A DNA stretch of 64,000 bases from Hemiscyllium ocellatum (GCF_020745735.1 NC_083429.1:25277877-25341876), one strand, 5' to 3'. Shown: positions 1-12,553, numbered from the stretch's first letter. The notes: generated from the letters alone by a model not told the origin. Numbers and translations are program-made.

Positions 1-433
1 TGCAACATCATCACTGAGTGACTGTATCAGTTCAAGCAACCAACTGACCTTAGTACCCACAAAATAAATATGTTTTAATTTTCCAAAGTCAGTACAGCTT
101 TAGGCAGCTTTTTGTTGCATATCAATGCAAAAATTTTCCTTTTATTAGTTTGAACTTGTGTCCCATTGACATATTTTTACAAACTACTCTTTAATAATTT
201 CTCACAATGTCTCCTTTCCAGATTGAAAAGTTCCTGTATTTCCTGTAAGAACTACAACAACTTATATTGAAATAGAACCTAAATGTAATGAAGCACCCAC
301 ATACACTATTTGGAGGATTATATACTGAAGTAGGACACCAAGTCACATATGGAGAGCAAAAATCTGGTCAAAGGGATAGTTACAATAACACTGTGGATCA
401 GTCTCATGATTTTTCCTGTATCTTTCGCAAGGG

Positions 434-456
434 GTGTGTGTGTGTGTGTGTGTGTG
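434..456. repeat. (GT)n microsatellite
   Basis: Run of gt dinucleotides. Confidence 0.95.
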
Positions 457-2381
457 GGGTCTAACCAGAGCAGTATCACTTCATTTTCATTTATATTTGA
501 CAAGTTTTGGATATCAGCAATCATAGTCACTGTTGGTTGCTTATCCCTTGTATTAGAGACACAACTTATTTGCTTTAAACATTGCTATTCAAATACAGTG
601 CAAAATGTCATGAGAATGTGTTCAGAATTCCTACCTGAATATGTTTCTATGAATATCAGAGGCGGTAATTTGTAGACTATTGCACCTCAGGTAAAGAGGT
701 GATATAAACAAACGAAAGAGATTGAACTATATAAATCGAAAAATCTGCAAAAAATGCCGAATGCTGATTATTACAAAATGAGGTACATTGTTGTAGCTGT
801 TCTTGGAGCACGGATAGACGAATCAACTTGAATTGAAGACAGCATAGGGTTACATTCTCATTCGCCCCTTGTATCTACATCCCGTTTCCATGGTGATGCA
901 TGCTGAGCACAAACCTGTCGGTCACTGTGGTCAACTTGGAGGCTGACTGGTGGCCATCAGTACAGGACAGGTTGAAAGCACAGGTCTCAGGAGAAACCTT
1001 TGTTTCTAAGTTTTGAGACTAAAATAATTTTACAAATCGCACTCAGTGGCTGTCATTTTGGAGACTCTGTATGGGGATTTACAGTAGCCCGGGGAATGCT
1101 GCTGGTTTAACAGCTCTTGCGGATCCCAATAACTCTTGACTACTCATTTTGAATGATAAGTGTGTGGCGCATGCCAATAATGTGGAAAAAAAAGAAACAG
1201 CTTTCCTAAGTGGCTTTTCTTGTGAAGTGCTTTGGATTCCGAAAGAAATAGGTTAGGGTCTGAAGGGCCATTGACTCGATTAGGACAGATGCAGCTGCAG
1301 GTCGCAGTGTGGTAATGCACGCAGCAGCGCACCATGAGTGAGTGGCATCCCCTTGCAACTCTATCTGCTGGAGATTAGGCCGCTAATTAATAAGCTCTTG
1401 GGCTCCTCACAGTCAGAATCGAGTATTAATTCAGCTCATTCGGCAGCCTGAGCCGGAATAAGCAAGTGTGATGGGCCTGCAAGCAGGCAGCCAGGGGTTA
1501 GAAATCCACTTAATGCCAGAACCATGGAAACCAAAGCTTGGGACGAGGAATACTGCAGGAGGCAGCTACCTACCGATTTGTTTTTTTATGTCAAATAATA
1601 CCCACCTGCTTCTCTCTAAAGCCAGCCAGCTATACCATTTCTATTTCAAAATATTTGTCAATTTAGTTTAAGCTATCTATTGAGCTTGCTATCTGTTTGG
1701 TTTTCTGTATTCTACATTCTTTACTAGCAGGAAAGCTAATCTAATGACTAGATTTGATCTATTTATTTCTGCACCCAGCTCTTCTAGCTTGGCTCGGTTC
1801 CAATGCATCTTTATTTATCTCCCTCTCTGCTCCCTTCCCTCCTCAATCCAGATACCATCTTATAAGTGTGCACACATTTCTCATTTCCTGTATTTTGTAA
1901 AGAGAATTTTCTGGTTCAGGTGCAGAAAGAGAGGCAGTGGCTAAACTTCTGATAGCCATCCCCAACTCTTCCTCAAATTGGCATGCTTCATGAGTGAGGC
2001 TGAACAGTGAATGTTGGAAAGATGCTCACCATGAGGATAATGGGATAGACCCACCCCAACCCCAACCCCAACCCCCAAATATCTCACCATCCCCACCAAC
2101 ATTGTTTGGTGAGGAATTCAGCAGATCCTTTCCAGAGTGTATGCATCAACTTACACTAAACTCTGCTGCTCTATCCCAACTGGACAACAAGTCCTTTTCA
2201 TTTTTGTCCTTCTGGTGTTTGCTGACTTGGCTCTTGCACTAATATTATCTCAAATTTAGATGCCTCATCTTAGTTTTCAAATCCCTCAGTAGTCTTGTCC
2301 CTCTCTTTCTGTATCCCCTCCTGTACCCCAACAACCCTTTGAAATTTCCATGCTGTTATGAATGGCTGGCTTTAATTGCTC

Positions 2382-2608
2382 GGGTAAAAAATGAGGTCTG
2401 CAGATGCTGGAGATCACAGCTGAAAATGTGTTGCTGGTTAAAGCACAGCAGGTTAGGCAGCATCCAAGGAATAGGAAATTCGACGTTTCGGGCATAAGCC
2501 CTTCATCACCCCCTCATTCCTGATGAAGGGCTTATGCCCGAAACGTCGAATTTCCTATTCCTTGGATGCTGCCTAACCTGCTGTGCTTTAACCAGCAACA
2601 CATTTTCA
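2382..2608. mobile_element. Penelope-like inverted pLTR palindrome (family A) with hammerhead motif
   Basis: Near-perfect inverted repeat, arms about 2417-2508 and 2521-2612. The left arm has an extra ~35-nt tail. Direct repeat gctggctttaattgctc at 2365-2381 and 2609-2625. Confidence 0.85.
2516..2551 (+). ncRNA. Minimal type I hammerhead ribozyme motif
   Basis: ATTC-CTGATGA-A-GGGC(TTAT)GCCC-GAAAC-GTC-GAAT. Conserved core CUGAUGA/GAAA, stem II hairpin, helix I ATTC/GAAT, palindromic ACGT in place of helix III. Predicted cleavage after GUC at 2547. Confidence 0.75.
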
Positions 2609-3326
2609 GCTGGCTTTAATTGCTCCTCTATTAGTGGCCATACCTTCAGCTAGTTGAGCTCTTTGAAGAATCCCTTCCTGAACAGTCTCTACCTCTTTCC
2701 CTCATCCTTTAAAACTTACCATTCCCTTCAGTGTAACTTGTCCTAATACCTCCTCACATGTCAAAGTTTCAAATTTGTCTGCAAATGCTGGATTGATTTG
2801 ATGCTAATAACATCATGCAGTTGAGATTTGCTTTATCAAAGCAAAGCAGCCTGATTGAGTTTGCAATTGGGACGCAGATCAGCTGTGAACTTATTGAATG
2901 ACAAAATAGGCTGAAGGGTTGAATAGGCCATTCCACTCCTTAAGTTCATTATTAACATAGGCCCTTCTAGCTTTTAGGGTTCAATATGATACTGAGCGTC
3001 ACCTGCATTTTGCTAGTGGGCAATCGAGGGAGCTATCATAAATAAGTAACATGACTTATCTTGGTGTCCCTGCTAACACTTCTTTTCTTTTAGATTTTTT
3101 TGTCTTTTAGTCAATCACATCTTCCTTAGTGTCAGTAAGCAATGAAGCAAAGTAGATCTTTGGAAATACGATGCTGTAGTGCAGACTTTTCTCCTTGGAC
3201 ACATAATTTTCAAGACCCCCTTGGGCAGAGGAACTAGAAGAACATTAAACAGAGAGACATCTGATCTGATAGAGCAAATGTGAAAGATGGAAAGTCAAAT
3301 GATTATGCTACATCAGTATATTTCTT

Positions 3327-3542
3327 AATAAAAGCCAATTACTGCGGATGCTGGAATCTGAAACCAAAAGAGAAAATGCTGGAAAATCTCAGCAGGTCTG
3401 GCAGCATCTGTAAGGAGAGAAAAGAGCTGATGTTTCGAGTCTAACTTGACCCTTTGTCAAAGACTTGAAACGTCAGCTCTTTTCTCTCCTTTCAGATGCT
3501 GCCAGACCTGCTGAGATTTTTCCAGCATTTTCTCTTTTGGTT
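3327..3542. mobile_element. Penelope-like inverted pLTR palindrome (family C)
   Basis: Inverted arms about 3358-3444 and 3461-3546. TSD tcagtatatttctt at 3313-3326 and 3543-3556. Variant hammerhead-like motif on the minus strand (TTGACAA-A-GGGTC..GACTC-GAAAC-ATC). Confidence 0.8.
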
Positions 3543-3646
3543 TCAGTATATTTCTTCCTGTCTGCGCCCATGTGTCTAAGCTGAAGTCAATTAGCCCATG
3601 TGAGTCCCATGAAGTGGTTCTTGAAGTCCCATGAGTTTCACATACA

Positions 3647-3900
3647 GGGGCTCTTGTTGCACAGTGGTAGTGTTCTTACCTCTGGGCCAGGAAGCCTGAA
3701 ATCAACTCCCAACTGCTTTAGAGATATGCAATAACATTTCTAAACAGGTTGATTAGAAACTATCTGTTCCATGTGCACATTAGGGTTCTTGTGGTGTGGT
3801 GGTATTATCCCTACCTCTGAGTCAGGAGAGGCAGGTTCAAGACCCAACTGCTCTGGAGGTGTGCAATAAAATCTCTCAAAATGTTGATTAGGAAAAATCT
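3647..3900 (+). mobile_element. Two tandem short tRNA-derived SINE copies
   Basis: Two diverged ~120-bp units (3647-3765, 3783-3900), each with an A-box-like tggtgtggtgg/tgcacagtgg, a B-box-like ggttcaagac and a shared tail ...gttgattag. Related minus-strand copies near 5700-5797, 7520-7613 and 57860-57970. Confidence 0.6.
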
Positions 3901-4074
3901 ATTCCACCTGCATCCTTACTGATAAGACAAGTGTTGGAACTGCATCAGTGTGTGGACTTTAAAAGCAAGGACCCTTTTGATTCCATTTCTACTTGCCTGT
4001 AATGTAAAGATCAAATAGGCCGTCGATATGTGTGGAACCACATGAGATGGGTGAGACACTAAATGAGTATCTCA

Positions 4075-4820
4075 TGTCAGTTCTAACTGTTCTGTGAAGA
4101 AAGATATGAAAGCTAAAAAACTTGGAGAAATAAATAATAATATCTTAAAAAGTGTCCATATTACAGAAGAGGAGGTGCTGGATATCTTAATAAGAGCATG
4201 AGGCCATAAGACATGGATACAGGAATTAAGCCATTCAGCGAATCGAATCTGCTCTGCCATTCAATCATGGCTGATAAGTTTCTCTCCACCCCCGAGGCTC
4301 CCAGCCTCATTCCTGATGAAGGGCTGTTGCCCGAAGTGTCAATTTTCCTGCTCCTCGGATGCTACCTGACCTGCAGTGCTTTTCCAGCACCCACACTCTT
4401 GACTCTAACCTCCAGCATCTGCAGTCCTCACTTTTGCCTGTTAAGTTTCTCAACCCCATTCTTCCACTTTCTCCCATAACCCTTGATCTCCTTGATACTC
4501 AAGAACCTATCCATCTCAGTCTTAAAATGCATCAAGATGGATAAATTCCTGGGATTTGATCAGGTGTACCTTAGAACTCTGTGGGAAATGAGGGAAGTGA
4601 TTACTGGGTCCCTTGCTGAGATACTTGTAAATAGGTTAGGTGCTGAAAGTCTAGAGGTTGGCTAATGTGGTGTCATTATTTAAGAAAGGTGGTAAGGAAA
4701 AGCCAAGGAACTATAAACCGGTGAGCCTGGTGGGTAAATATTTGGCGGAGATTCTGAAGGGCAGGATCTATATGTATTTGGAAAGGCAAGAACTGATTAG
4801 TGATAGTCAACATGGCTTTG
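4075..4820 (+). mobile_element. CR1 (HER1-type) LINE ORF2 fragment, interrupted by nested insertions
   Basis: Translates to ...KMDKFLGFDQVYLRTLWEMRE... and ANVVSLFKKGGKEKPRNYKPVSL...SQHGF, typical CR1 RT N-terminal motifs. Confidence 0.85.
4285..4437 (+). mobile_element. Solo Penelope-like pLTR (family A) with degenerate hammerhead
   Basis: CTGATGA-A-GGGC(TGTT)GCCC-GAAG-TGTC followed by the full pLTR tail. Flanked by ctgataagtttctc / ctgttaagtttctc. Confidence 0.75.
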
Positions 4821-5409
4821 GAGTCAGGAATGTCATGGAGCCATGTTTCTATGAATCTTCAACCCATTCTGACCCAACACATTGAATGGGTAACAACTTA
4901 TGCACTTTTGTGCAAAAACAATCAATCCTTTTAAAGGATATTAGTATTTACTGAAATCCATTTTCAAAAGCTTTCGCCACTATTTTTCAGCTTAATTCCT
5001 CAAGTTTTGTTGGGTCTCTCTGAATGCCCTGGCACTGTTGCTGCTAATAATGATACTGCTCAGTCTGAATGGACTTACACAGACCAGCAATCTTCCATAT
5101 TCATGTCTGTGTTCAGTCGGTGAATGATTTATTTAAGTGTGCTGCTCTTTTATATTCCTCTGTGCAGCCATGCATGCCTATAACTTAATGAGGCCACCTT
5201 GTACATAGCCAGTGCAGAGACTTGTACATTTCTGACAGCCGTGCAATTGTAAAGGAAACATTGTTCAAAGCCCTTGAGTTAGAGTAGAGAAAAATCAGCT
5301 TTCAATTGCTATCAATGACACCTACTCAAGGTTACCAACTCTGGTCAGACATATTCCTGGAGGTTTCATCACCTGACTTTCTACTCCACCCACCCTGCAC
5401 CCTTGCACT

Positions 5410-5644
5410 TGAAATAACTCCACAGAGTCTAGTATCCTGTCACTAAGTCACCCTTTATTTGCATGTGCACAGTACTTGACATTGGTCTAGCTTTGTTAGA
5501 GCCAGCTCTCAGAGTGAATAGAACACCTGACACTCCTGTTTACATCTGTCAGCCAGTGCCCCCTGATTGACACAGATTAATAGCCCCAGTCAGGGAACTC
5601 ATGTTCTATGAGGTCCACCTGACAACCTTGTTATATTCATTACA
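5410..5644 (-). mobile_element. Solo LTR (Gypsy-like)
   Basis: The minus strand begins TGTAATG and ends TTTCA, with AATAAA near its 3' end. Flanked by cact/catt (4-bp TSD, one mismatch). Confidence 0.65.
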
Positions 5645-5930
5645 CATTGATCCATCTAATACATTGATTCTGAATTTACTAGCTCACCAGGAGTCAGGCA
5701 TTTCCTCCAGAGATGTCACAACACACCTCTGGAGCAGGTCAGACTGGACCCTCCAGGCCCAGAGGTAGGGGCATTACCCCTGCACACAGGAGCCCCTTAC
5801 TGACTGGGAGACAAGCAAGCACTTAATTATCAGACTCTATGTCAACCAATCCCATCTGCAATATTGTGATAAGTTGATGGTTGGAAGAAAATGAAAATGA
5901 ACTCAAATGCAACATTTTTTCAATGCTATC

Positions 5931-6269
5931 CATAGAATCCTTGTAGTGTGGAAACAGGCCCTTCAGCCCAACAGGTTCCACATTGACCCTGTGAAGAATA
6001 TTCCACCCAGACCCATTTCCCTACATTTACCTCTGACTAATGTACCTAATCTACACATCTCTGAGCACTATGGACAATTTAGTATGGCCAGTTCACCTAA
6101 CCTGCACATCTCTGGACTGTGGGAGAAAATTGGGGCACCTGGAGGAAACCCATGCAGACAGGGGGAAAATATGCAAACTCCACACAGACAATCACCGGAG
6201 AATGGAATTGAGCTCGGGTTGCTGGTGCTATGAGGCAGCAGTGCTAACCACTGAGCCACCATGCCACCC
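5931..6269 (-). mobile_element. HE1-type SINE (shark V-SINE)
   Basis: tRNA-like head TGGCTCAGTGGTTAGCACTGCTGCCTCA, core GTGGAGTTTGCA...CTCCCACAGTCCA, CR1-like tail GAAGGGCCTGTTTCCACACT. Confidence 0.9.
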
Positions 6270-7119
6270 CTCCTGCTGCGCCTATGATCTTTCTCCTGGA
6301 TTGCCTGTGGCACTGTTCTGGATATTAATCGTTAATTCCTGGAGAATGCAGGAAACACCCGGGAGGGTTGGCAAATTGAATTCTGAGTAAAGAGTGGCTT
6401 CAGTGCTCAATGCAAAGAAATGGCCTGACAGTGTATCGCAGGGGCAGAAAACCAGAATGACAGTCCACACCTGCATTCGTCTCCATGGGTCACCTCTTTG
6501 TGGCCCTGTTTGAGGCTTCAAGGAGGTTGGGGTATTACAAGGTACAGGTGGTTTTGCAAATAGATGAATAAGTAGGCCCTCGAGGGACAAAAGGTATCTA
6601 TGCATTTTTATTGAAACAACATTAACAAATCAAATTCGGATACAGATCATAATGAGCTAAATGAATGATGGCAGAGGCTCAAGGGGGTTGAACGGCCTCC
6701 TCCAGTTTGGAATGACACTGACCTCATGATGACAGTAACTGGTACCATCACCTGCACTAAATATAAACCTGGCAACAGCACACCTTTTGCAAAACTGTGT
6801 CAGCTGTCACTTCCGCTGTTTTCTACAAACAACGCAAATTAATTTTAGCAACTGAAATCTGCATTTTTTGGTTTGCTCACTTCTTAATTATCATTTTGAC
6901 AAGCTCACAGGTTCCAGGAATGTGCTTCAGTGCTGATTATGATGTCGTTGTGTGAAAATACTTTACTTTCTGATGTAAATATGTTTTGCATATTGAGAGC
7001 TGACAGAGGTCAGGGTTTGGGAAGGTAAGATCAAACATTTACTATGTTTGGGAACTATCTGCGATACCAAAGAGGAGACTAAAAATTATTGTGAACGAGG
7101 TGATCACCCTAATTGTCAG

Positions 7120-7480
7120 CAATGACTCAGTTGGTCCATAGTTTATAGGGTTTTGAGTTCAAATCCAACTCCAGATCTTGCATACAATAAATATAGGCTG
7201 ACACTTCAGTGCATTACCAAAGGAATGACATATTCAACTCCAACCTGCTTGTAAAAGATTTCATGGCACTGCATTATTTGAAAGATAAATGGTGTCCTGA
7301 CCAATGTCTAACTCAACTCCAATAAAACCGATAATTTGGTCATGGTCACATTGTTGTTCGTGGGAGTTTGCGATGTGCAACTTTGCTTCCATCTTTTCTA
7401 ACAGTGTCTTCATTTCCAAAAATACAGCTTTGGCTGTGAAGTGATTTGAGATATCTGGTGACTGTGAAAAAGTCTCGTTG
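7120..7480 (+). mobile_element. Old DeuSINE-like (SacSINE1/AmnSINE-like) element
   Basis: tRNA-like head (gagttcaaatcc), central gtaaaagat..catggcact..atttgaa..gtcctg.ccaat block, L2-like tail. Related copies near 32620-33300 (-) and 51660-51920 (+). Confidence 0.5.
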
Positions 7481-8355
7481 TTTTATTGTTACATCATATG
7501 CTGCATTTTTTTTTGGCATTTAATCAACCTGTTCAGAAATATTATCAAAAACCTCTGATACAGTGGGACTTGAACGTGGGATAGGCACATTACCTCTGCA
7601 CCACAAGAACCCTCTGGACAATGGCTTATAACTTAACTCTGGGAGTATTGATATGTACTGAAGTCAGCTGGTCAATATCAGCAGGACTGAGTTAACCATG
7701 GACCCTTTCATTCCGTACCAGTCCTCCTCAGCTTTGTTGAAGCTATTTAGAAGTCCTCTTGAGTGTCGCCTTTCCAAATAATATTGCTTCAACTTAACTG
7801 AGGACCTTCAATGACATGCAAGAAGGCTAAAGTGAATTAGAAGGATCCATTAGTGCTTCAGTCCAGGAAACATGGATCCTGACTGAGCTAATGCACTTCC
7901 AGAACTGACCTTACAAATCCAATTCGGACAATGAAATAAATGGCAAACCTGAAGGGTGGTGCAGTGGGGAATGGGGCATTTGGAAGGTAAAACTAATGGA
8001 AGCATCATCAGGACAAACTCATGGATTTATCCTGTACTTTTCAGTCAGAGGATTTCCGTGGTATAAGAAGAACAGTCAAACATAACAAATTGGTTTCTGC
8101 TGGTTTATTGCACCCTCCCTATCATCATCATTTCATCAGGAGGAGAGCTTAATTGGATAAAACTTGGCTAACAAGAAATGACGAGTCAGATGGCAGATGT
8201 ATGAATGAAAAGGGGAAGATGGGGTAATGCATTTTAAATAAGCATATCCCACTTCCTAGCTTTGTGAGCTTATATGCTACTGGCTGGCTCTGATGGGGAC
8301 TTACTGCACTGTCATGCTATTACCAGGCACGTGATGACCTCTTCAGCAAAGTAGT

Positions 8356-8524
8356 CTAGACTAGAGTGGTGCTGAAAAAGCACAGCAGGTCAGGCTTTCT
8401 GATGAAGGGCTTTTGCCCGAAACATCAATTTTCCTGATCCTCGGATGCTGCCTGACCTGCTGTGCTTTTCCAGCACCACTGTAATCTAGACTCTAATCTC
8501 CAGCACCTGCAGTCCTCACTTTCG
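8356..8524. mobile_element. Penelope-like pLTR palindrome (family A), short left arm
   Basis: Hammerhead CTGATGA-A-GGGC(TTTT)GCCC-GAAAC-ATC at 8399-8426. Diverged TSD cctcttcagcaaagtagt (8338-8355) and cctcttcaacaaagcagt (8525-8542). Confidence 0.8.
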
Positions 8525-9674
8525 CCTCTTCAACAAAGCAGTTCTGTGAAGGTATGGGGTGATGTTAAACACAGTTCAGAAATAGTTTCAGCACATAAGG
8601 AGGCTACTCAACCCCTCTTCAAATATATACCACCCCACTGCAAGAAGAACTCAGCTAATCCCACTTCTCTGCCTTTTCCCAGCAGTCCTACAACATTTCT
8701 GTCTTCAGTTGCTTATCCAAGTACATTGCAAATGGCACAATTGAATCTACAGCCACTAGCCACTCAGTTAGTCTTTGAGCTCATTGCTTAAAAAAGTCCC
8801 TGTGTCACTACTGGTTCTTTTGCCGTTCATCACAAATCAGAGTTGTCAGGCACTAGGGGCTGAATGGCTATGTTCTGCCTTCTTACAGTTGTATGGTTTC
8901 AATTCTGGTTCCTGATTCTCCTTCCAATGGGAACTTCTCTATATTGTATCTGGACTGCTCATGGTTTCAAATACTAGAGATGGCATTGCTCCACATAATC
9001 TCTGTTACTTGCTTCAAAAGGACCTTTTTGGCAATTCCTGTCAGTCCAAGCCTGCTATTATTGAGAATTTATTATAAACTGACGGAAACCTGCTTCAGAA
9101 AACTTTCTTTGAAAGCTCTTCTTCTCAGCTCTCGTCATCTGCTCCATTGCCAGGTACCACTTACCAGATCATTGCTTACATTGGGTCACACTGGCCTCTG
9201 TCATAACTATTTTGGACACAATCCCAATGAGTTGTACTCAAAATTCACAATTACTCATCTGCTGGTAATAAAGTCATGGAAAGATTACTCCATTGGAACA
9301 AATCAAGAAACACAAAGCCCTTCCTCAAAGACGCCATGATACAGGAATATGACATTTCAACACATTTCTGTAACCCTCCCTATCATCATCATTCCATCAA
9401 GAGCAACATCAAGCACGTTCTGCCGTTCAAATACACCACAGCTAATCTGTCTCTCATCTTCATTTATTCACAAAGGTTCCATTGGCTTTAACACCTTTGT
9501 CTTCTTCCACAATTGATTACTTAAGGGTCATTGAATCACCAGGGCATGGGTCAGGAAGAGGAGGTAGGCACCTGCCTAGTATCAAAACTTGCCCTGTTGG
9601 CATTATTCCAAACTACACGTGAGCTGTTTAGTCAATTGAGTTCACCTTGACAAACCAAAATCAATCAACTGCAG

Positions 9675-9887
9675 CACAAAAACAGAAATTGCTGGAAAGG
9701 CTCGCAGGTCTGGCAGCAACTGTGGAGAGAATCAGAGTTAATGTTTCAGTTCCAGTGACCCTTCCTCAGAACTGGACCTGAAACATTAATTCTGATTTCC
9801 CTCTATGGATGCTGCCAGCCCTGCTGAGCTTTTCCAGCAATTTCTGTTTTTGTTTCTGATTTCCAGTAATGGCAGGTCTTTTGGTTT
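9675..9887. mobile_element. Penelope-like pLTR palindrome (family D), older
   Basis: Inverted arms. Minus strand 9737-9772 reads GTT-CTGAGGA-A-GGGTC(ACTG)GAACT-GAAAC-ATT-AAC. Diverged TSD tcaatcaactgcag / tcagttaattgcag. Confidence 0.7.
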
Positions 9888-11359
9888 TCAGTTAATTGCA
9901 GATTTTCAATTGACATAGCCTCAACAGTGTCCAAGTCTTACTCTATTCTAATCTGTTTGCCACTTGGACATATCCTCTCTTCCATTTTTCTTTGTGCCTC
10001 TGTTCCAGTGAGTCTCCGTATTTTTAAATGATTCTCTATTTATTGGTTCATTTCTGGTACCTGATACCCATGTGAGGTAAATTCACTGTTCTCATTGGGT
10101 AGAGTGTGACTCAGTAAATCTTTACTCTGGTGACATAGCCCTATGTCTGACCCATGCTCCGTTCATATAAGGACATATAAGGTCTGCAGATTTAATTTTA
10201 CATCCTGTTCTTTTTTGGACCTGCTTCCACTTCCTTGTGTATCAGTCAATGTCTGCCCATTTCCCAAACCTCTGATCCTGTCTGCATCTCTCTGCCTCTG
10301 TATTTTCTGTATATTCCCTTCTCTCTTTCAAAGTCACGGTGGGAGTGACACTCAGTTCCAACTGCTCGCATAATTACAAACAAGAGAGCAAAATGCCTTC
10401 CTTCCCGTGGATTGCAGTTCACAGCTCCAAAGCCTCCTGCTGTTAAATTAAGACTGAGATGCACTCAGATGAAGGCCTCACCAAGTAATTAAAATTACTG
10501 TTTAATCTTTGCCCTTTTATCCTAATCAGCAGTGTGTTACTTTAACTCCCAAATGTGCCTGAGTGACCCTCACCTGTGGAAATGCAAAACCCAGCAATAC
10601 TCCCTCTGCTGCCCCACAAAAACCCTTCGTTGATTAAGTGTGTGGATTGTGTTATGAGGCTGGTGGGGGGAAGGTTGGGTAGGGGATGAGGGAAGAGGCA
10701 GGAGGAGGGAAAGGGCCTGATGTGATAAACTCACAGCAGGGTTTACTGGGATTGGCTGGTTCCTGCAGATTGTTGGCCAGTAGGAAGCTAATTGTTTCCA
10801 CGGTGACAGAAGTGACCCCGAATGCTTGCTGGTGGGATAACACAGAATAAATAATATCCGCTCTTTACACCGTGTAATTAGCTCTTTAACAATGGTGACA
10901 GTTAATGCTCCTTCATGTAAGGTTCAAGCCAGCACGGTCATTGTCAACACTGGCTGGAGCTCATGTGAGGTGCATATGGACAACTGCAGTGAATATTCCT
11001 TATGGACAACAGTTAATGGTGCTGTCAAATCTCATTAAGAAAATGATACATTTTCCCTGAAATGTTACCCAATTATCCAGAATATTTACTTAGCATTCAG
11101 GTATATTGAAGCTTGACACTTCATTGTTTAGTCAGTTATTTTCTCATCTTTCCTTTTTAGTTACTGCTAACTCATTTGCCACCATAAGAGGTTCCATGCT
11201 AAATAAAATATGTTCATGTTTCTCACCACCACATCCTCTTCTCACTGTTCTTTATTCTTCATGACGTTTCACCCCTGTTTCTGAAAGGGTAGCAGAATTC
11301 TCTGACTAGTTTTTTGTTGTTGTTCCAATTGGAACATATGATCATACGTGGGTCTTAAG

Positions 11360-11518
11360 NNNNNNNNNNNNNNNNNNNNNNNNNNNNNNNNNNNNNNNNN
11401 NNNNNNNNNNNNNNNNNNNNNNNNNNNNNNNNNNNNNNNNNNNNNNNNNNNNNNNNNNNNNNNNNNNNNNNNNNNNNNNNNNNNNNNNNNNNNNNNNNNN
11501 NNNNNNNNNNNNNNNNNN
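11360..11518. other. Assembly gap (N run)
   Basis: Run of N. Confidence 1.
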
Positions 11519-12020
11519 CTTTTCCACTGTCAGGGTGAGTCCATATGTGGCTGTACAGAGAGGAGTAGTTACCGCGAGCACTGTTACACTTGGGGCAGAA
11601 GGTGGTCACAGGAAGGGATGGGTGGGATGTTGGTGTGGCAGCACGCTCCTTTCACTGGTTCCCCCTCGCTTCTGCTTTTTCCCCATGGCAAGTCTCGAGG
11701 TGTTTGATGCTTTCCCAGATCCTCCTCCAATTTGGACTGTCTTGGGCCAGTGATTCCCTGCACTCTGTGGGAATGGCACACTTTACCAGGGAAGCCTTGA
11801 GGGTATCACTGAAGTGTTTCCTCTATCCACCTGAGGCTTGTCCGCCATGTCAAAGCTGGGAGTACTGCAGCGACTTAGGGAGTCTTGTGTGGTCATGTGG
11901 ACGGTGTGCCTAGCCCATTGTAACCGATCAAGGGTAGTCAGTGCCTTGATGCTGGGAATGTTGACCTGGTTGAGTAGGCTAGTGTTTGTCTGTCTTTCTT
12001 CCCAGTGGGTGTACACAGCA
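11519..12020 (-). mobile_element. RTE-clade LINE 3' fragment
   Basis: Frameshifted translation ..HWEERQTNTSLLNQVNIPSIKALTTLDRLQWARHTVHM.. resembles the RTE C-terminal region (SIEA..QLRWAGHVVRM..RLPK). Confidence 0.75.
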
Positions 12021-12424
12021 TGGAAGGAGATCATTGACCTCTTTGAGTTTGTTTGTTCTCTTCAAAAGAGCTGTTCAAACAATCCTGCAGAGGTTTCCTT
12101 CTCAATTTTAGATCCGATTCCCTGGTAAAAGTGGAACAGTGGTTGTCATCTTACTCCCTTCCTTCTCTGTGAGATACTTTTCTCAGAGGCTAGCTGACGG
12201 ATATGATGAACATATGGGTGTGAAAACAGGTCAGCCTTGATCTTATTGAATGGCAAAGTGACCTCAAGGAACTGAATGGTCCACTTGCACTCTTCCCCTT
12301 TATGTAAGCAGGATTGTGTGTCACAAGATGCTGTTGTGTAGTGAGCGACCGAATCTGAGCACCATACGCTGATTTTGCATATTCTCTGTTCTCCAGACAA
12401 AGCACAAATTAGCAGCTACCTACC

Positions 12425-12553
12425 CTTTCCCACCCACCTCCCCCTAATTGACCTCACTCCTGAAGAAGGGCTTATGCCCAAAACGTCGATTCTCCTGCTC
12501 CTTGGATGCTGCCTGACCTGCTGCGCTTTTCCAGCAACACATTTTTCAGCTCT
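12425..12553 (+). mobile_element. Single-arm Penelope-like pLTR (family A)
   Basis: CTGAAGA-A-GGGC(TTAT)GCCC-AAAAC-GTC followed by the family A body, ending cattttcagctct without the tail. Confidence 0.75.

Noticed and set aside
2382-2608. Palindromes as DNA-transposon MITEs or pre-miRNAs
   Set aside because: TSDs are long and variable (14-20 bp), the arms are asymmetric and every central junction differs. This does not fit cut-and-paste MITEs. The hairpins are multi-copy and TE-derived.
11342-11707. ORFs spanning 11342-11707
   Set aside because: Artefacts of translating through the N gap.
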